This document shows positions 30,563-40,338 of a DNA stretch of 64,000 nt, in pieces. Every line of letters starts with the position of its first letter. The stretch's first letter is position 1. The notes under the pieces are model-generated. The model had not been told where the DNA came from and searched no databases. It saw nothing but the letters and a program-made list of their open reading frames with translations. Source of the DNA: an uncultured Chloroflexia bacterium (GTDB taxonomy: Bacteria; Chloroflexota; Limnocylindria; Limnocylindrales; CSP1-4); assembly GCA_963746845.1 (NCBI GenBank), contig CAVVCZ010000005.1, forward strand, positions 192,001 through 256,000. The letters are read 5' to 3'. The position numbers were made by a program, and so were the translations under genes.

Positions 30563-30624
30563 CGCAGACCCTCCGGGCGCCCGACGTGGTCGCCAGCCTC
30601 GTCAGCGTAGCGTCTCGACGACCC

Positions 30625-31188
30625 TCAGTGGTTGAACCAGTCCGTCGTGTCGATCTGGCCGGCTTCCTCGTCGAGCTCCGCACGACGCGCCTTCGCCACG
30701 GGCTCGCTGACGCGCGCCCGCTTGCGGTTGCCCGCGGACTCCGTCGCGCCGGACCAGTGCTCCTCGGCGAGCAGCCCGTTGATCGCGTCGATGTACGCCT
30801 CGATCGAGGCCGCGATGATGTTCGTCGAGACGACCTCGCCGACATAGCGGCCGGAGCCCCGAGCGCCCTCGGCGGACGCCGGCGGGCCGATCGCGACCGT
30901 GACGCGGCCCTCGGCGTCCGGGCCCTCGGCGACGGCGTGGACGTCGTACGACAGCAGACGCGGCTGGCCGGTGAGGACATCGACGAGTGCGCTGTCGACG
31001 GCCCGGAACAGCGCGTCGACGGCGCCATTGCCCTCGGCGGCGGCCTCCCACTGGTGATCGCCGGCGGCGATGACGACCGCGCCGCGGCTGTTCGCGTTCG
31101 AGCCGGAGGTGACGGTCCAGCGCGCGAGGTGGAGGGTGTCGGCGGAGTCCGCGGAGGGGCTCGGAGCGGGCGTCGGGGTCGTGGCCAT
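30625..31188 (-). CDS. Stand-alone LeuA/CimA-type allosteric (regulatory) domain protein
   Basis: EGNGAVDAL...YDVHAV...STNIIAASIEAY aligns with the LeuA C-terminus in this window; GAGG SD. Confidence 0.85.
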   Translation of the reverse strand: MATTPTPAPSPSADSADTLHLARWTVTSGSNANSRGAVVIAAGDHQWEAAAEGNGAVDALFRAVDSALVDVLTGQPRLLSYDVHAVAEGPDAEGRVTVAIGPPASAEGARGSGRYVGEVVSTNIIAASIEAYIDAINGLLAEEHWSGATESAGNRKRARVSEPVAKARRAELDEEAGQIDTTDWFNH

Positions 31189-31193
31189 GCGGG

Positions 31194-32876
31194 TTACCTC
31201 CCGGTCGGTGACGTCGCCGCGGGGGTCACCGACGCCGTCGTGAAGTGTCGCTCGTCGCGGCGCCTGAGCTCGGCGCCGGACTTCCAGATCGCGTATTCGA
31301 GGGAGTCGGCGAGGGCGATCGCCGACGCCGCGATGATGTTCGTGTCGCTGCCCATCGTCGACCACTCGCGGGTGCCGTCCGACGAGTCGATGATCACCCG
31401 CGTCCGGGCGGCCGTCGCCGAGTCGCCGTCGAGGATCCGGACCTTGTAGTCGTACAGGTGGACGTCGTCGAGCTGGGGATAGAACGCCCGGAGTGCCTTG
31501 CGGAGCGCCGCATCCAGGGCATTCACGGGCCCGTTGCCGTCGGCGGCGGTGTGGAGGACCTCCCCGTCGACCTCGACCTTGACCGTCGCCTCGGCGAGGA
31601 GCTCGCGGCCGGCCCGCTGCTCGACGAGGCAGGTGTAGTCGACGATCCGGAACGGCGCGGCGTAGTCCGCCTGGTGGCGGCGGATCAGGAGCTCGAAGCT
31701 CGCCTCGGCGCCCTCGAACGCGAGCCCCTCGCTCTCGAGCTGCTTGACGAGCTCGCTCAGGACCTTCGGATCGATCACGCCCTCCAGCTGGTGGCCGAGC
31801 TGCTCGGCCCGGATCCGCGTGTTCGCCCGCCCGCCCAGCTCCGACACGACCAGCCGGCCCTGGTTGCCGACCGCCGTCGGATCGATGTGCTGGTAGCTCC
31901 GCTCGACCTTCGCGACGGCGGCTCCGTGGACGCCGCCCTTGTGGGCGAACGCGGACCGTCCGACGTAGGGCTGCCAGTCGTTGGGATTGACGTTCGCGAT
32001 CTCGGCGACGGACCGGCTGAGCTCGGTCAGGCCCTCGAGCGCCCCGCCTCCCGGCGGCACGAGGGCGTGATCGGTCTTGAGCGCGAGGTTGGCGAGGATC
32101 GAGACCATGTTCGCGTTGCCGGCCCGCTCCCCGTAGCCGTTGATCGTCGCCTGGACATGGCGGACGCCGGCGGCGACGGCGGCAAGCGAGTTCGCGACCG
32201 CGAGCTCCGCGTCGTTGTGGGTGTGGATCCCCCACTCCACGGGCGCCCCGACCGCTTCGGGATCCGCCTCCAACGACGAGCGCACGTCGGCCACGATGGA
32301 GACCAGCTCGTTCGTGAGGGTCCCGCCGTTCGTGTCGCACAGGACGAGCGTCCGCGCCCCGGCCTGACGCGCCGCACGGAGCGTGGACAGCGCGTAGTCG
32401 CGGTCGGCCCGGTAGCCGTCGAAGAAGTGTTCCGCGTCGTAGACCAGCTCGCGGCCGCGCTCGACGATGAACCGGACCGAGTCCGAGATCATGTCGAGGT
32501 TCTCCTGTGGCGTCGCGCCGAGGACCTCCGTCACGTGGAGCAGCCAGCTCTTCCCGAAGATCGTGACGACCGGCGTCTCCGCCGCGACGAGCTCACGCAG
32601 GTTCGGGTCGCTCTCCGGTCGGTTGGAGCGGTGGCGGGTGGAGCCGAACGCCGCCAGCCGGGCCGTCCCCCAGGCCATCGTCCGGGCGGCCTTGAAGAAC
32701 TCGATGTCCTTCGGGTTGGAGCCGGGCCAGCCGCCCTCGATGTAGGGCATCCCGTACTCGTCGAGCATCCGGGCGACCCGGAGCTTGTCGGCGAGGCTGA
32801 GAGTGATGTTCTCGCCCTGCGTCCCGTCGCGGAGGGTCGTGTCGTAGAGGGTGACGGGCCGCTCGCTCGCGGTCAC
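31194..32876 (-). CDS. cimA: Citramalate synthase
   Basis: YDTTLRDGTQGE, IEGGWPGSNPKD, YDAEHFFDG and AFAHKGGVH motifs. Confidence 0.9.
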   Translation of the reverse strand: MTASERPVTLYDTTLRDGTQGENITLSLADKLRVARMLDEYGMPYIEGGWPGSNPKDIEFFKAARTMAWGTARLAAFGSTRHRSNRPESDPNLRELVAAETPVVTIFGKSWLLHVTEVLGATPQENLDMISDSVRFIVERGRELVYDAEHFFDGYRADRDYALSTLRAARQAGARTLVLCDTNGGTLTNELVSIVADVRSSLEADPEAVGAPVEWGIHTHNDAELAVANSLAAVAAGVRHVQATINGYGERAGNANMVSILANLALKTDHALVPPGGGALEGLTELSRSVAEIANVNPNDWQPYVGRSAFAHKGGVHGAAVAKVERSYQHIDPTAVGNQGRLVVSELGGRANTRIRAEQLGHQLEGVIDPKVLSELVKQLESEGLAFEGAEASFELLIRRHQADYAAPFRIVDYTCLVEQRAGRELLAEATVKVEVDGEVLHTAADGNGPVNALDAALRKALRAFYPQLDDVHLYDYKVRILDGDSATAARTRVIIDSSDGTREWSTMGSDTNIIAASAIALADSLEYAIWKSGAELRRRDERHFTTASVTPAATSPTGR

Positions 32877-34033
32877 GACGCGATCCCCGCGCTGACCGGC
32901 GCCGCGATCCGCTCGACGACCGCCCGGGTCATCCCGGCCGTCCCGACCCGCCGGATCGCGGCCTCGTCGGCACCCGACGGCAGCAGATCCGCGGTCCGGT
33001 AGCCGTCGTCGAGGGCCGCGCTCACCGCGGCTTCGATGGCGCCGGCCGCGTCGTCGCGGCCGAGGGACAGGCGGAGGAGCATGGCGGCCGACAGGACCGT
33101 CCCGATCGGGTTGGCCAGGTCCTGGCCGGCGATGTCCGGCGCGGAGCCGTGGATGGGCTCGTACAGGCCGAACGTGCCGTGGGCGGTCCGGCTGGTGCCG
33201 AGCGAGGCCGACGGCAGCATCCCGAGGCTCCCCGCGAGCACCGCCGCCTCGTCGCTGAGGATGTCCCCGAAGAGGTTCTCGGTCACGATCACGTCGAAGT
33301 CGGCCGGTCGTCGGACGAGGAGCATCGCGCACGAGTCGACCAGCTGGTGCGCGATCGCGATGTCCGGGTGTGCGGCCGCGACCTCGTCGGCGACGGTCCG
33401 CCACAGGCGCGAGGTCGCCAGAACGTTCGCCTTGTCCACGCTCGTCACCCGGCGACGACGTCCGGCGGCGAGCTCGAACGCCAGCTCGACGACACGACGG
33501 ATCTCGCCCTCGCTGTAGGGCATCGTGTCGAGCGCGCTGCGCTCGCCCGGGCCGCCGGCCCTCGTCGGTTCGTGTCGCTCGCCGAAGTAGATGCCGCCCG
33601 TCAGCTCGCGGACGATCAGGAGATCGACGCCCTCGAGAAGCTCCGGCCGGAGCGGCGACGACGCGATCAGCGCCGGATGGACGGTGACCGGGCGGAGGTT
33701 CGCGTACAGCCCGAGGCCGCCGCGCAGCGCGAACAGCGCCTGCTCCGGACGCACCGAGGCCGACGGATCGGACCACTTCGGTCCGCCGACCGCGCCGAGG
33801 AGGATCGCGTCGGCGGCACCGGCTGTCTCGACGTCCTCGGGCCGGATCGCAACGCCGTGGGCATCGATCGCGACGCCGCCGGCGAGGATCTCGGCCCACT
33901 CGACCGTGAACCCGAACCGGGCCCCGGCCGCGTCGACCACCCCCCGGGCCGCCGCGACGACATCCGGCCCGACGCCGTCGCCCGGGATCGTGACGACGCG
34001 GTAGGTCGCGCCGGCGAGGTCGCCCTCCGTCAC
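32873..34033 (-). CDS. leuB: 3-isopropylmalate dehydrogenase
   Basis: GAVGGPKW, RELTGGIYFG, NLFGDILSD and EPIHGSAPDIAG motifs. Confidence 0.96.
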   Translation of the reverse strand: MTEGDLAGATYRVVTIPGDGVGPDVVAAARGVVDAAGARFGFTVEWAEILAGGVAIDAHGVAIRPEDVETAGAADAILLGAVGGPKWSDPSASVRPEQALFALRGGLGLYANLRPVTVHPALIASSPLRPELLEGVDLLIVRELTGGIYFGERHEPTRAGGPGERSALDTMPYSEGEIRRVVELAFELAAGRRRRVTSVDKANVLATSRLWRTVADEVAAAHPDIAIAHQLVDSCAMLLVRRPADFDVIVTENLFGDILSDEAAVLAGSLGMLPSASLGTSRTAHGTFGLYEPIHGSAPDIAGQDLANPIGTVLSAAMLLRLSLGRDDAAGAIEAAVSAALDDGYRTADLLPSGADEAAIRRVGTAGMTRAVVERIAAPVSAGIAS

Positions 34034-35649
34034 GGCAGATCTTCCGCCGTGCGTCGGCCGACGAACGCGACGTCGACGCCGTTGATCTCCGCCCCGTGGA
34101 GCTTGTTCACTGCCACGAGGTAACCGTCGATCGACGCCTCGATGATGTTCGTCGATAGCCCGTGCCCGGAGACGACGAGCGCCCCCGGCCCTTCGTCCGA
34201 CGACCGTCGGCAGCGGACCAGGACCTGGCCCTGGGCGTCCTCGCCGGCCGACACGGCCTTGATCTCCCACTCGATCAGCACCGGGTGCCAGCCGAAGGCC
34301 GGCTGGAGCGCCTCGTCGACCGCCGAGTAGAGCGCGTCCACCGGGCCGTTGCCGGTCGCCTCGGCCGTCCGGTCCTCACCCCGGACCGTGAGCGTCACCG
34401 AGCCGGTCGCGTTGCCGCCATGGGACGAGGTCACGCTCCAGCCGACAAGCTCGACCGAGGCGGGCACCTCCGACGCACGCTGCTCGACGAGGGCGAGGAG
34501 ATCCGCATCGGTGACCTCCTTCTTCACGTCGGCGAGCGTGATCGCCTGGCGGTAGATCGTGTCGAGGGCGTCGCCCTCGAGGTCGTGGCCCAGCTCGTGG
34601 AGCTTGCCCTGGAGGCCCTTCCGCCCGGACAGCTTGCCGATCGTCAGCTGGCTGCCGGACAGCCCGACCGACTGCGGAGTCATGATCTCGTAGGTCAGCG
34701 GGTTCTTGATCACGCCGTCCTGGTGGATCCCGGACTCGTGGGCGAACGCGTTGCCGCCGACGATCGCCTTGTTCGGCTGGATCGCGAAGCCGGTCAGGTA
34801 GCTGACCAGCCGCGAGGCCGCGGTGATCTGCTCCGTCTGGACGCCGCTGCCGAGCTCCGGGAACTGGGTGGGTCGCGTCCGGAGGGCCATGACGACCTCT
34901 TCGAGCGACGCGTTGCCCGCCCGCTCCCCGAGGCCGTTGATCGTGACCTCGACCTGGCGCGCGCCTGCCTGGACCGCGGCGAGCGTGTTCGCGGTCGCCA
35001 GCCCGAGGTCGTTGTGGCAGTGGACGCTCACGGTCGCGTCGCGGCCGACGAGATCGACCACGCGGCCGACGAGCCCGCCGAACTCGGCCGGGATCGCGTA
35101 GCCGACGGTGTCCGGGATGTTCACGGTCGAGGCGCCGGCCTCGACCACCGCCGCGTAGACCTGGAGCAGGAAGTCCGTGTCGGTCCGCGAGGCGTCCTCG
35201 GCGCTGAACTCGATCTCGGCGTCGGCTCCGAGCGCCTTCCGGCCATAGGCCACCCAGCGGACGGCCTCGGCGAGGGCCTGCTCGCGCGACAGGCGGAGCT
35301 TGTGCTTCAGGTGGATGTCGCTCGTGGCGATGAAGACGTGGAGATGCGGCCGCTCCGCGACCGAGATCGCCTCGACGGCCCGCTGCGGGTCGCCGTCGCG
35401 GCACCGGGCGAGCGCGGCGACCGCGATCCCGCCCTTCGTGTCCTGGGCGATCCGCCGGACCGCCTCGAAGTCGCCGGGCGACGCGGCCGGGAAGCCGGCC
35501 TCGATGACGTCGACCTTGAGGCGCGCCAGCTGCCGGGCGACCTCCAGCTTCTCCGCCGCGGTCAGGCCGGCGCCGGGCGCCTGCTCGCCGTCGCGGAGGG
35601 TCGTGTCGAAGATCCGGACCGTGCCGGCGGGGACGGCGGACACGCTCAT
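34030..35649 (-). CDS. leuA: 2-isopropylmalate synthase
   Basis: [20 protein letters not shown] and [11 protein letters not shown] motifs. Confidence 0.96.
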   Translation of the reverse strand: MSVSAVPAGTVRIFDTTLRDGEQAPGAGLTAAEKLEVARQLARLKVDVIEAGFPAASPGDFEAVRRIAQDTKGGIAVAALARCRDGDPQRAVEAISVAERPHLHVFIATSDIHLKHKLRLSREQALAEAVRWVAYGRKALGADAEIEFSAEDASRTDTDFLLQVYAAVVEAGASTVNIPDTVGYAIPAEFGGLVGRVVDLVGRDATVSVHCHNDLGLATANTLAAVQAGARQVEVTINGLGERAGNASLEEVVMALRTRPTQFPELGSGVQTEQITAASRLVSYLTGFAIQPNKAIVGGNAFAHESGIHQDGVIKNPLTYEIMTPQSVGLSGSQLTIGKLSGRKGLQGKLHELGHDLEGDALDTIYRQAITLADVKKEVTDADLLALVEQRASEVPASVELVGWSVTSSHGGNATGSVTLTVRGEDRTAEATGNGPVDALYSAVDEALQPAFGWHPVLIEWEIKAVSAGEDAQGQVLVRCRRSSDEGPGALVVSGHGLSTNIIEASIDGYLVAVNKLHGAEINGVDVAFVGRRTAEDLP

Positions 35650-36728
35650 CGAGCGGACCCCGCCCCGGCCGGGGCCGGGCCGGCGCCGGACGCCGCCGAC
35701 CCGACCGAGGACTGGGCCTCGCCGGCCTCGACGACGACGGGGTTGAGGAAGGCCATCTGGCTCCGCAGGGCGGCCCCGACCTCCTCGATCTGGTGGTGCT
35801 TGTCCTGCTCGCGGAGCCGCCGGAACTCCTCGCCGCCGGACTCCTGGACCGCGACCCAGCGGGTCGCGAACGAGCCGCTCTGGATGTCGGCGAGGACGTC
35901 CTTCATCGCGGCCTTGGCGCCTTCGGTCACCCGCGGCCCCGAGACGTAGTCGCCGAACTCGGCCGTGTCGCTGACGCTGAACCGCATGAAGTTCAGGCCG
36001 CCGCGATACATCAGGTCGACGATCAGCTTCAGCTCGTGCATCGTCTCGAAGTAGGCGAGCTCGGGCTGGTAGCCGGCCTCGACGAGCGTCTCGAAGGCTG
36101 CCTTGATCAGCGCGGAGACCCCGCCGCACAGCAGCGCCTGCTCGCCGAACAGGTCGGTCTCGGTCTCCTCCTTGAACGTCGTCTCGAGGACGCCGGCGCG
36201 GGTCGAGCCGATCCCGCGGGCATAGGCGAGGACCCGGGCGCGAGCCGTGCCGGACGCGTCATTCTCGACGGCGAACAGGGCCGGGACGCCGCCGCCGGAT
36301 TCGTAGACCGAGCGGAGCAGGTGCCCGGGTCCCTTCGGGGCGACCATCCCGACGTCGATGTCGTCCGCCGGCTGGATCCGGCCGAACCGGATATTGAAGC
36401 CGTGGGCGAACATCAGCAGCTGGCCGGGCCGGAGGTTCGGCGCGATGTCCGCGTCGTAGACCGACTTCTGGAGCGTGTCCGGGACGGCGATCATGATCAC
36501 GTCGGCCGCCTTGACGGCGTCCGGGACGTGGAGCACCCGGAGCCCGGCCGCCTCCGCCCGCTCGCGGCTCTTCGAATCCGGCTTCAGGCCGACGACCACG
36601 TCGATGCCCGAGTCGCGCAGGTTCTGGGCATGGGCGTGGCCCTGCGACCCGTATCCGATGATCGCGACGGTCTGCCCGTCGAGCGCGCTCGGGTCAGCGT
36701 CTGGGTCGTAATACATCCTTGCGGTCAT
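35646..36728 (-). CDS. ilvC: Ketol-acid reductoisomerase
   Basis: [16 protein letters not shown] and ETDLFGEQ motifs. Confidence 0.97.
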   Translation of the reverse strand: MTARMYYDPDADPSALDGQTVAIIGYGSQGHAHAQNLRDSGIDVVVGLKPDSKSRERAEAAGLRVLHVPDAVKAADVIMIAVPDTLQKSVYDADIAPNLRPGQLLMFAHGFNIRFGRIQPADDIDVGMVAPKGPGHLLRSVYESGGGVPALFAVENDASGTARARVLAYARGIGSTRAGVLETTFKEETETDLFGEQALLCGGVSALIKAAFETLVEAGYQPELAYFETMHELKLIVDLMYRGGLNFMRFSVSDTAEFGDYVSGPRVTEGAKAAMKDVLADIQSGSFATRWVAVQESGGEEFRRLREQDKHHQIEEVGAALRSQMAFLNPVVVEAGEAQSSVGSAASGAGPAPAGAGSAR

Positions 36729-36837
36729 CGGTCTCCTGCCTCTCCTGAACCGGCACCCTCAGCCGTTGATCTGACGCACGCTCTCCGAGGTCCGAGGCGG
36801 AGCTCCGCGACGCCATCGGCCCGAGGATTGCGCGCAG

Positions 36838-37470
36838 TCATCGCTTCACCGCCTCCTCGATCGAACTCGACCCTCTGCTCATCACGACCGACCCGGTCCG
36901 GACGAGCTCCTTGATTCCGTAGGTGCGCACGAGCGCGACGAACGCGTCGATCTCGCTCTCGGGTCCCGTGACCTCGACGATCACCGACTCCCCCGCGAGG
37001 TCGACGACCCGGCCCTTCGACAGCTCGACGAGCTTGAGGATCTCCGCCCGGTTCCCGTCGGTCGCCCGGATCTTCACGAGCGCGAGCTCCTGGGCCACGA
37101 CCGGCTCGGCCGTGACCTCCTGGACCTTCAGGACGTCGATGAGCCGGTAGAGCTGCTTCGCCGCCTGCTCGACCGCGACGTCGTCGCCGTGGAGGGTGAT
37201 CGTCATCCGGCTGATGTCCGGCTGGTCCGTGTGGCTGACCGCGAGCGAGTCGATGTTGAAGTTGCGCGCCCGCATCAGCGACGCGACCCGGTTCAGGACG
37301 CCCGGCTTGTTCAGGACGATGACGATCAGCGTGTGGCGGCGGGTCTCGCCGCCGCCCGGGAGCGCCCGGGGCGGTGGTGCGGCGTGGGCGGGCGAGGCCG
37401 GGGACGCCGAACCGGATGCGGCGCCCGCCGAAGCGGGCGGGCGACCGTTCGAGCCGGCGTCGCCACTCAC
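36838..37470 (-). CDS. ilvN: Acetolactate synthase small subunit
   Basis: NKPGVLNRV, NIDSLAV and ELVRTG motifs; GTGA overlap with ilvB. Confidence 0.93.
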   Translation of the reverse strand: MSGDAGSNGRPPASAGAASGSASPASPAHAAPPPRALPGGGETRRHTLIVIVLNKPGVLNRVASLMRARNFNIDSLAVSHTDQPDISRMTITLHGDDVAVEQAAKQLYRLIDVLKVQEVTAEPVVAQELALVKIRATDGNRAEILKLVELSKGRVVDLAGESVIVEVTGPESEIDAFVALVRTYGIKELVRTGSVVMSRGSSSIEEAVKR

Positions 37471-39332
37471 TCGTCCGCCCCTTCCCACGTCTCGATCAGG
37501 TCGGACAGGCCCTTGCCGGCGGGCATCATCGGGAAGACGTTCTGCTCCTCGGCGATCTCGAACCAGACGAGGGCCGGTCCGTCGACCGCCTGGGCGGCGC
37601 GGATCGCCTCGTCGACGTCCTCGGGCCGCCTGGCCCGGAAAGCCGGGATCCCGAACGCGTCCGCGAGCTTGGCGAAGTCCGGGCCGGGCAGGTGGGCGGA
37701 GTGGTAGTTGCCCGCGTAGATGATCTCCTGCCACTGCCGGATCATCCCGAGCTTCTTGTTGTCGAGGAGCGCGATCTTCACCGGGATCCGGTCGGCGACG
37801 AGGGTCATCAGCTCCTGGAACGTCATCTGGAAGCCGCCGTCGCCCGTGATCGCCCAGGTCTCGCGCTCCGGGGCGCCGAGTGCCGCGCCCATCGCCGCGG
37901 GGACGCTGTAGCCCATCGTCCCGAGCCCACCCGAGCTGACGTGGGTGTTCGGCCGGCGGAACCCGGCGTACCGGGCGAGCCACATCTGGTTCTGGCCCAC
38001 GTCGGCGACGTACGTGGCGGCATGGTCCGTCAGCTCGCCGATCCGCTCGATCACGTAGTCGGCCGAGAGCAGCCCATCGCGCCAGGCGCCCGAGCCGTGC
38101 CACGAGCTGCCTTCCGACTCGCGTCGCCAATCCGCGAGCTCCGCGAAGTAGTCGGCGCGGACGGCCGGGTCGACCGGCTCGACCATCGGCAGGAGGGCCG
38201 CGAGCACACGCTTGGCGTCGCCGACGATCGGGACCTCGACCGCGACGTTCTTCCCGATCTCGGCCGGGTCGATGTCGACGTGGACGATCCGGGCGTACGG
38301 CGCGTAGGTCCGGACGTTGCCGGTGACGCGGTCGTCGAACCGCATCCCGATCGCGAGCAGCAGGTCCGCCGACTGGATCGCCCTGTTGACGTGCTTCCAG
38401 CCGTGCATCCCCATGTAGCCGTAGCTGAGCGGGTGCGTCTCGTCGATGGCGCCGATCCCGAGGAGCGTGTGCGCGACCGGGATCTGGGCCTTCTCGGCGA
38501 GCGCGACGAGCTCGTCCCAGGCCTCCGCATGGAGGACACCGTGGCCCGCGAGGATCACCGGCCGCTTCGCCTTCGCGAGCTCCGCGGCGGCGAGCTTCAG
38601 CTGGCGGCCGTTCGCGTCGAGATTCGGCCGGAAGCCGGGCAGCCCCGCGACGACCTCGTCGTGGGTCGGGTGGGGCGCCGACGTCTCCTGCTGGAGCGCG
38701 TCCTTCGTGATGTCGACGTGGACGGGCCCGGGCCGGCCGGACCGGGCGATGTGGAACGCCTCGGCCAGGACGCGCGGCAGGTCGTTCGCGTCCCGGACGA
38801 GGTAGTTGTGCTTCGTCATCGGCAGGGTGATGCCGTTGATGTCGATCTCCTGGAACGCGTCCTTGCCGATCAGGGCGGACGGGACGTTGCCGGTGATCGC
38901 GACCATCGGGACGGAGTCGAGGAGGGCCGTCCCGATCCCCGTCACGAGGTTCGTCGCGCCCGGTCCGGAGGTCCCCATGCAGACCCCGACCTGGCCGGTG
39001 ACCCGGGCGTAGCCGTCGGCGGCGTGGGCGCCGCCCTGCTCGTGCCGGACGAGGATGTGGCGGAGCTCCGGGTAGTCGCCGAGGACGTCGTACAGGGGCA
39101 GGATCACGCCGCCGGGGTAGCTGAAGAAGACGTCGACGCCCTGGAGGAGGAGGGCCTCGCAGACGACGTCGGCCCCGATCCGGGTCCGCTTCCTCGGTCG
39201 CGAATCGTCGAGCATCGCCCGGCGGGCGGCCTCGACCGCCGCCGCGTGGGCGGTCCCGTCGCCGGGGATGTGGCTGCGCCGATCCGTTGCCGGACTCGGC
39301 GGCGCGCCGGCCTTTCCTGTCGTCATCGTCAT
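37467..39332 (-). CDS. ilvB: Acetolactate synthase large subunit
   Basis: YPGG, RHEQG, SGPGATN, GMRFDDRV and GDGGFQM motifs; start placed downstream of the attenuator terminator. Confidence 0.95.
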   Translation of the reverse strand: MTMTTGKAGAPPSPATDRRSHIPGDGTAHAAAVEAARRAMLDDSRPRKRTRIGADVVCEALLLQGVDVFFSYPGGVILPLYDVLGDYPELRHILVRHEQGGAHAADGYARVTGQVGVCMGTSGPGATNLVTGIGTALLDSVPMVAITGNVPSALIGKDAFQEIDINGITLPMTKHNYLVRDANDLPRVLAEAFHIARSGRPGPVHVDITKDALQQETSAPHPTHDEVVAGLPGFRPNLDANGRQLKLAAAELAKAKRPVILAGHGVLHAEAWDELVALAEKAQIPVAHTLLGIGAIDETHPLSYGYMGMHGWKHVNRAIQSADLLLAIGMRFDDRVTGNVRTYAPYARIVHVDIDPAEIGKNVAVEVPIVGDAKRVLAALLPMVEPVDPAVRADYFAELADWRRESEGSSWHGSGAWRDGLLSADYVIERIGELTDHAATYVADVGQNQMWLARYAGFRRPNTHVSSGGLGTMGYSVPAAMGAALGAPERETWAITGDGGFQMTFQELMTLVADRIPVKIALLDNKKLGMIRQWQEIIYAGNYHSAHLPGPDFAKLADAFGIPAFRARRPEDVDEAIRAAQAVDGPALVWFEIAEEQNVFPMMPAGKGLSDLIETWEGADE

Positions 39333-39423
39333 CGGTCCCTGCCTGCCCTCATGTGTTCGCCGTCGCTCCTCGTCAGAGCGGCGCTCCCCTCTCCGCCGCG
39401 CTGTCGTCATCCGGTCGCCGGCC

Positions 39424-39455
39424 AACAAAAAGACCCTCGCCACCCGGCGAGGGTC
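39424..39455 (-). terminator. Intrinsic terminator of the ilv/leu attenuator
   Basis: GACCCUCGCC-GGGU-GGCGAGGGUC followed by UUUUUGUU on the minus strand. Confidence 0.9.
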
Positions 39456-39482
39456 CCGTTGGTCTGCGGTGGTTCGCTGCGC

Positions 39483-39626
39483 CTAGCGCCCGTCCCTCCG
39501 TGTTCCTCCGTTCTCCCGCCGGGAGCCGGTAATGAGGAGGCCGACGAGGCCGTCAAGACCGGCAAGGAGGAAGCGAAGAAGACCAAGGAGCGAACCGTCG
39601 TTGAGACCCGAATCATCGAGCGGCAT
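39483..39626 (-). CDS. Leu-rich attenuator leader peptide (47 aa)
   Basis: MPLDDSGLNDGSLLGLLRFLLAGLDGLVGLLITGSRRENGGTRRDGR; 12 Leu, several as CTT, which is rare here; directly before the terminator and ilvB. Confidence 0.75.
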   Translation of the reverse strand: MPLDDSGLNDGSLLGLLRFLLAGLDGLVGLLITGSRRENGGTRRDGR

Positions 39627-39829
39627 GTGGACGCGCCGACCATCCGTCGTCACGACGACGGCGACATGGCGACGATTCCGGCCATCGAACAGACCCAACG
39701 CGGTCTCCCGAACGCGGCCCGGTCGACCCGGGCGGTTTGCGCAGTCTACGAGGCGCCCGGTGATCATGCAACCACCCGGACCCCACGTGAGTGCTCGTGC
39801 CGTCACGAACCCCGATCGCCGGGAACTGA

Positions 39830-39857
39830 CGAGACCGCCGGTCGCCCGACGGTCTCG
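39830..39857 (-). terminator. 12-bp hairpin with GCGA loop closing the peptide transcript
   Basis: CGAGACCGUCGG-GCGA-CCGGCGGUCUCG, about 30 nt after the peptide 2 stop; no long U-tract. Confidence 0.6.
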
Positions 39858-39888
39858 CATGTTTCCGATCCCTCAGGGTGAGAGCCGG

Positions 39889-39993
39889 TCACAACTTCCA
39901 GCGCTGTCCCGCCTCGAGCACGAGAGCGGAGCTTGCGATGGCGGACACGACCATCAGAACTCGAAAGGCCTGAGCCTTCAGCATCCGAGTCAT
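39889..39993 (-). CDS. Small peptide 2 (34 aa) MTRMLKAQAFRVLMVVSAIASSALVLEAGQRWKL
   Basis: Hand-translated; starts 4 nt after the peptide 1 stop; ungapped homology to peptide 1; absent from the ORF track. Confidence 0.75.
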   Translation of the reverse strand: MTRMLKAQAFRVLMVVSAIASSALVLEAGQRWKL

Positions 39994-39997
39994 CTGG

Positions 39998-40087
39998 TCA
40001 ATACCAGCGCAGGCCGGCGCCGATCGTCAGGGCCAGCGACGCCACGAGCATCACTGCCCATGTGAGGCGCACCAGGTTGCCCTTCAC
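39998..40087 (-). CDS. Small peptide 1 (29 aa) MKGNLVRLTWAVMLVASLALTIGAGLRWY
   Basis: GGAAGGAG SD 6 nt before GTG 40087; directly downstream of the riboswitch. Confidence 0.8.
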   Translation of the reverse strand: MKGNLVRLTWAVMLVASLALTIGAGLRWY

Positions 40088-40119
40088 ATTCGACTCCTTC
40101 CGAGTCTGTCGAGGTCGTC

Positions 40120-40199
40120 GGCCCCTGGCAACCGGGCGGTCTTCCGGAGAAGATCCCTGGCTTTGCGTCCCCGCCTCGCGACGGGTTTGCCCTGGACAG
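40120..40199 (-). promoter_or_regulatory. c-di-GMP-I (GEMM-I) riboswitch, canonical G20
   Basis: Minus strand: CAGG-GC-AAA-CCCGUC-GCGA-GGCGGG-GAC-GC-AAAG-CCAGGGAUCUUCUCCGGAAGACCGCCCGGUUGCC, which matches the GEMM-I consensus. Confidence 0.92.
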
Positions 40200-40338
40200 T
40201 GAGCACGGCGGAGGGACACCCGTCCCTCGAACCCGACGATGGGCGGTTCGTCACCCCGTGGACACGGGACGAAGGTCCCGGCCCGCCTCGACGGGTGGGG
40301 GAGTTGTCGGCGGGCACCGCGCCGCCGGGACGGCCCGA

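Noticed and set aside
39333-39700. T-box riboswitch upstream of ilvB, and an ilvB start at 39443
   Set aside because: No T-box UGGN-ACC bulge motif seen on the coding strand; 39443 lies inside the terminator stem.
39998-40219. 73-aa version of peptide 1 from the ORF track
   Set aside because: The extension runs through the riboswitch aptamer; the SD-supported start is GTG 40087.
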